Made by a program: the position numbers and the translations under genes. A stretch of 64,000 nucleotides of DNA, taken from the NCBI GenBank assembly GCA_002189035.1, contig CM007990.1, positions 682,001-746,000 of the forward strand. Reading direction: 5' to 3'. Shown piece by piece: positions 61,423 to 64,000 of this stretch. The notes beneath the pieces were generated by a model. It was not told the DNA's origin, made no database searches, and worked only from the letters and a program-made list of their open reading frames with translations. The first letter of the stretch is position 1. Each line of letters begins with the position of its first letter. This stretch comes from Utricularia gibba. Taxonomy: Eukaryota; Plantae; Magnoliophyta.

Positions 61423-63108
61423 TCACTGTTTCGTTCTAGACAACAAACTACTTCCAAGTTTCCTTCTTTCCAGGCGCTTGAGGAGTTTCTCTGCGCCAGG
61501 AACACCCATCTCTACAAGCTTCTTCAGATATCCAATGGCTCCATAGCCGATCATCAGCTTCCTGCATCTCCGGCTCGACGACAGCAGCACGAGGCAAAGG
61601 ACGGCGTGCTTCTTTGCGGTGTTTTGGTCGCTGGGATTGAGCAAAGCAACCAGATTTGGGACGCTCTTCATGTCATTCTTCACTTGTCGACAGTTGCAGG
61701 CGACGGTGATCAAGCTGGAGATGGCTTGTGCAGCAACTTCTCTTGTGCTGTTGGCTTTTGCTTCCAGCATTGTGATGAGTAATGGGATGCAGCCGCCTTC
61801 TCCGATGAGGCGTTTCGTTTCGGGGGAGCTGGATATTCGACAGATTACTGAGGCTGCAGCCTGCTGTGCTCCATCGGAACCTGATCTCATCACGTGAACT
61901 AGTCTCTGGGTGAGACTGGAACGAAGCAGAGCTGCTGTGCAGATGCAGCCGACCAAGTTTCCCACCGCAGCAATGGCGGATTCTCTAGGCAATGGGACAT
62001 CAAGATAAGAAAGCAGGCTTTCAACACCGCCTTCCATGATAACCGATCTCCTGAGAGTGTCATTGCTTGAAGTGAGATTATGGAGACATTCAGCTGCGTA
62101 TTCCTTTGATCCCATCAGAACTCCATGGGAAAGAAGATGAATCATTGCTTGTATAATCCCTTCATCTGCAAGGGCTTGACGTGTTTCAGCCACTGCTGAC
62201 AAATTCTTCAAAGCACAGGCAGCTGCAAGCTGCAGAACCGGCTCATTGTTCCAGCAGATGTCGATCAGCGGCCTTACGCCGCCGTGTTCGACAATCGAAC
62301 GAGACGTATCTGGCGAAATGGACAGTCTTTGGAGGACAATGACGGCCTTCTCCTTGCCTACAGCACTCCCAGATTCAGCAAGCCGGATGAGTGGCGGCAG
62401 AACACCCTCTGAAACAAGCCAACCCGTACAACTTCCAGAATCCACAAGCGAGCAGATGATTGTGATGGCTTTCTCTCGGATTCTGGGACTGGTGGTGAGA
62501 AGCTGCACCAAAGCTCCAATATTGCTCCTTCCTATGGCAGCCAACACATTCTTTTCATCCTCTTTCATGGCCTCCACCAAGTTATCTAGTGCTCTGTGCT
62601 TCGATTCGAGATGACCGATTTGCAGACGAGCAAGCATTTCACGTATAATCGCATTAGCAACTGATGCCTCTGGCTCTGCTGAAGCACTTGATGGAATTGA
62701 AAGCTCCCCAAGAACTCCAGTCTTGATCAGAAGCCCACAATCTCGTAGATTCAAGTCAAGCTTCCCTGTGAGAGCATGAAGATCACTTAGCATGCGAAGT
62801 TTCCCTTCATACTTCTGCTCCATACAGAGGATGGCTAACTCAATGGACTCATTCAGCGTGCGGCAAACAGCCTGCAGCTGCTCCTTACAGAGTGGATTCT
62901 TGGAAAAGCAAGGATGGGTAACCAGGTTTGATAATGTCAGAGGAATTTGCTCTATCTTTGAGATGATCATCTTCCATCTCACAAGGTACTCTTTTACCTC
63001 TCTAGCTTTGTCCAGTGCCTTGGGCACGAGTTCTTGTGCACAGGAAAGCCATTCCTCTGTGGATAATCCGTTGTTTACAGTAGAAGATTCTTCTCCATCA
63101 GGAGCCAT
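61423..63108 (-). CDS. Armadillo-repeat protein (vacuolar protein 8-like plant ARM family); single coding exon
   Basis: 561-aa ORF; LLARLQIG.LE.K..ALD.L-like N-terminus; ARM repeats (EGVLPPLIRLAESGS..GKEKA, GAIGYLKKL.EM.VPGA.KLL.RLER). Confidence 0.92.
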   Translation of the reverse strand: MAPDGEESSTVNNGLSTEEWLSCAQELVPKALDKAREVKEYLVRWKMIISKIEQIPLTLSNLVTHPCFSKNPLCKEQLQAVCRTLNESIELAILCMEQKYEGKLRMLSDLHALTGKLDLNLRDCGLLIKTGVLGELSIPSSASAEPEASVANAIIREMLARLQIGHLESKHRALDNLVEAMKEDEKNVLAAIGRSNIGALVQLLTTSPRIREKAITIICSLVDSGSCTGWLVSEGVLPPLIRLAESGSAVGKEKAVIVLQRLSISPDTSRSIVEHGGVRPLIDICWNNEPVLQLAAACALKNLSAVAETRQALADEGIIQAMIHLLSHGVLMGSKEYAAECLHNLTSSNDTLRRSVIMEGGVESLLSYLDVPLPRESAIAAVGNLVGCICTAALLRSSLTQRLVHVMRSGSDGAQQAAASVICRISSSPETKRLIGEGGCIPLLITMLEAKANSTREVAAQAISSLITVACNCRQVKNDMKSVPNLVALLNPSDQNTAKKHAVLCLVLLSSSRRCRKLMIGYGAIGYLKKLVEMGVPGAEKLLKRLERRKLGSSLLSRTKQ

Positions 63109-64000
63109 ATTTTACAGTCAAGCTAGCACCAAACCTGAGAAGAATAGAAGTAAAAAAAAAAAAAAGTAAGAGAGCAAACACAAGGCTATAACAACTTTTC
63201 ACATTTTTCAAAAATGCAAGACAAAAAAAAATCACTCCTTTTGGAGAGAAACAAGGATGATTTCAAAAACTAAACCTTCTTTCTGATAGCTTTCCAGAAA
63301 GCAAAAGAAAGTAAGAGAGAGACTTTAAAATGCATCCAATTGGAGTGGCTACAACGTCCAAGAACATACAAACAAATCAGCATTAACAACAAAGCAGTAA
63401 ACAAATAAAGTAAGAAGTAGTTGGAATAAGGAGGTTGAGCATCATGACGCAAAAGTGTCTACTGGGAAAGACCTTTTCAATCAGCCTATAATCATTCATC
63501 CAAATGGGACCTTCTGCGTAAACAAAGAGGTTGGCTGTAGTTATCATCTTGTAGCTGATGCTCCTGGAGAAAAATAGAATTTTTTCTTCTTCTTCTTCGG
63601 AATGTAGCCGCAGAGACAGACGCCAACTAATTATGACGTATAGAAGTTGGAAATTTATTGCTCATAAATAACACAAGATCGTGGACCCTGGTAGTTGACA
63701 GTAGAAAGGAATTCCCTTTCAGGACAAGCTAAGGAGAGTGTCAGTCTCAACATCATTGTGACCAAATGTTGATGAACTTTCAGACATGGGAAATCAAGGG
63801 AATTAGTGCAAACAACAAGAGAAGTTTTCAAACGAGAAAAAAAATTCAATGGGCAACAGGATTGTGGGTTCCATGGTGCAGTAAACCTCTGAAACTGTTA
63901 TGATCCCTTGACCCAGTGCTCAAGGCACTCGATAGATACCAACTCTACGGAAAGAAAACAAAAACAGAAGCAAGCTTTAAGCTTTTCAGCAAGAGGAACG

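Noticed and set aside
1-64000. CRISPR arrays, rRNA, organellar insertions, intact LTR or transposase genes, programmed ribosomal frameshifting
   Set aside because: None seen. The frameshifts lack slippery-site and pseudoknot context and are better explained as homopolymer sequencing errors.

Overview
Nuclear DNA from a flowering plant (eudicot) with a compact gene space: about 20 spliced protein-coding genes and one tRNA-Cys in 64 kb, many introns only 70-100 nt, and little transposon DNA. Gene order is UBC27, TFIIE-beta, plastid RPL5, polygalacturonase, UBC4/5/6, BRAHMA, PIP1, PUB33-like U-box kinase, TRM, RopGEF, PPR-E, tRNA-Cys, PRL1, a small Lys-rich gene, remorin, MYB17, PPR-DYW, CSN1, PP2-A13, SOC1 and an ARM-repeat gene. 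From memory of Arabidopsis gene order (not checked here), this matches the ancestral block around At2g45650-At2g46070 and At3g61060-At3g61490. Three things go beyond plain annotation. (1) Decayed gene remnants lie between the intact genes where that synteny predicts them: a group-B MAP kinase, an ASK20/21-type SKP1 and a class I TCP. (2) At least 11 frameshifts in conserved genes are each repaired by adding one base to a homopolymer, almost always a G/C run, which points to long-read assembly error rather than biology. (3) Two apparently spliced transcription units with no recognisable product run divergently from BRM and from the PPR-DYW gene. No CRISPR array, rRNA or intact autonomous transposon was seen. 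I cannot claim a wholly new biological system; the best leads are the remnants and the two unannotated units.
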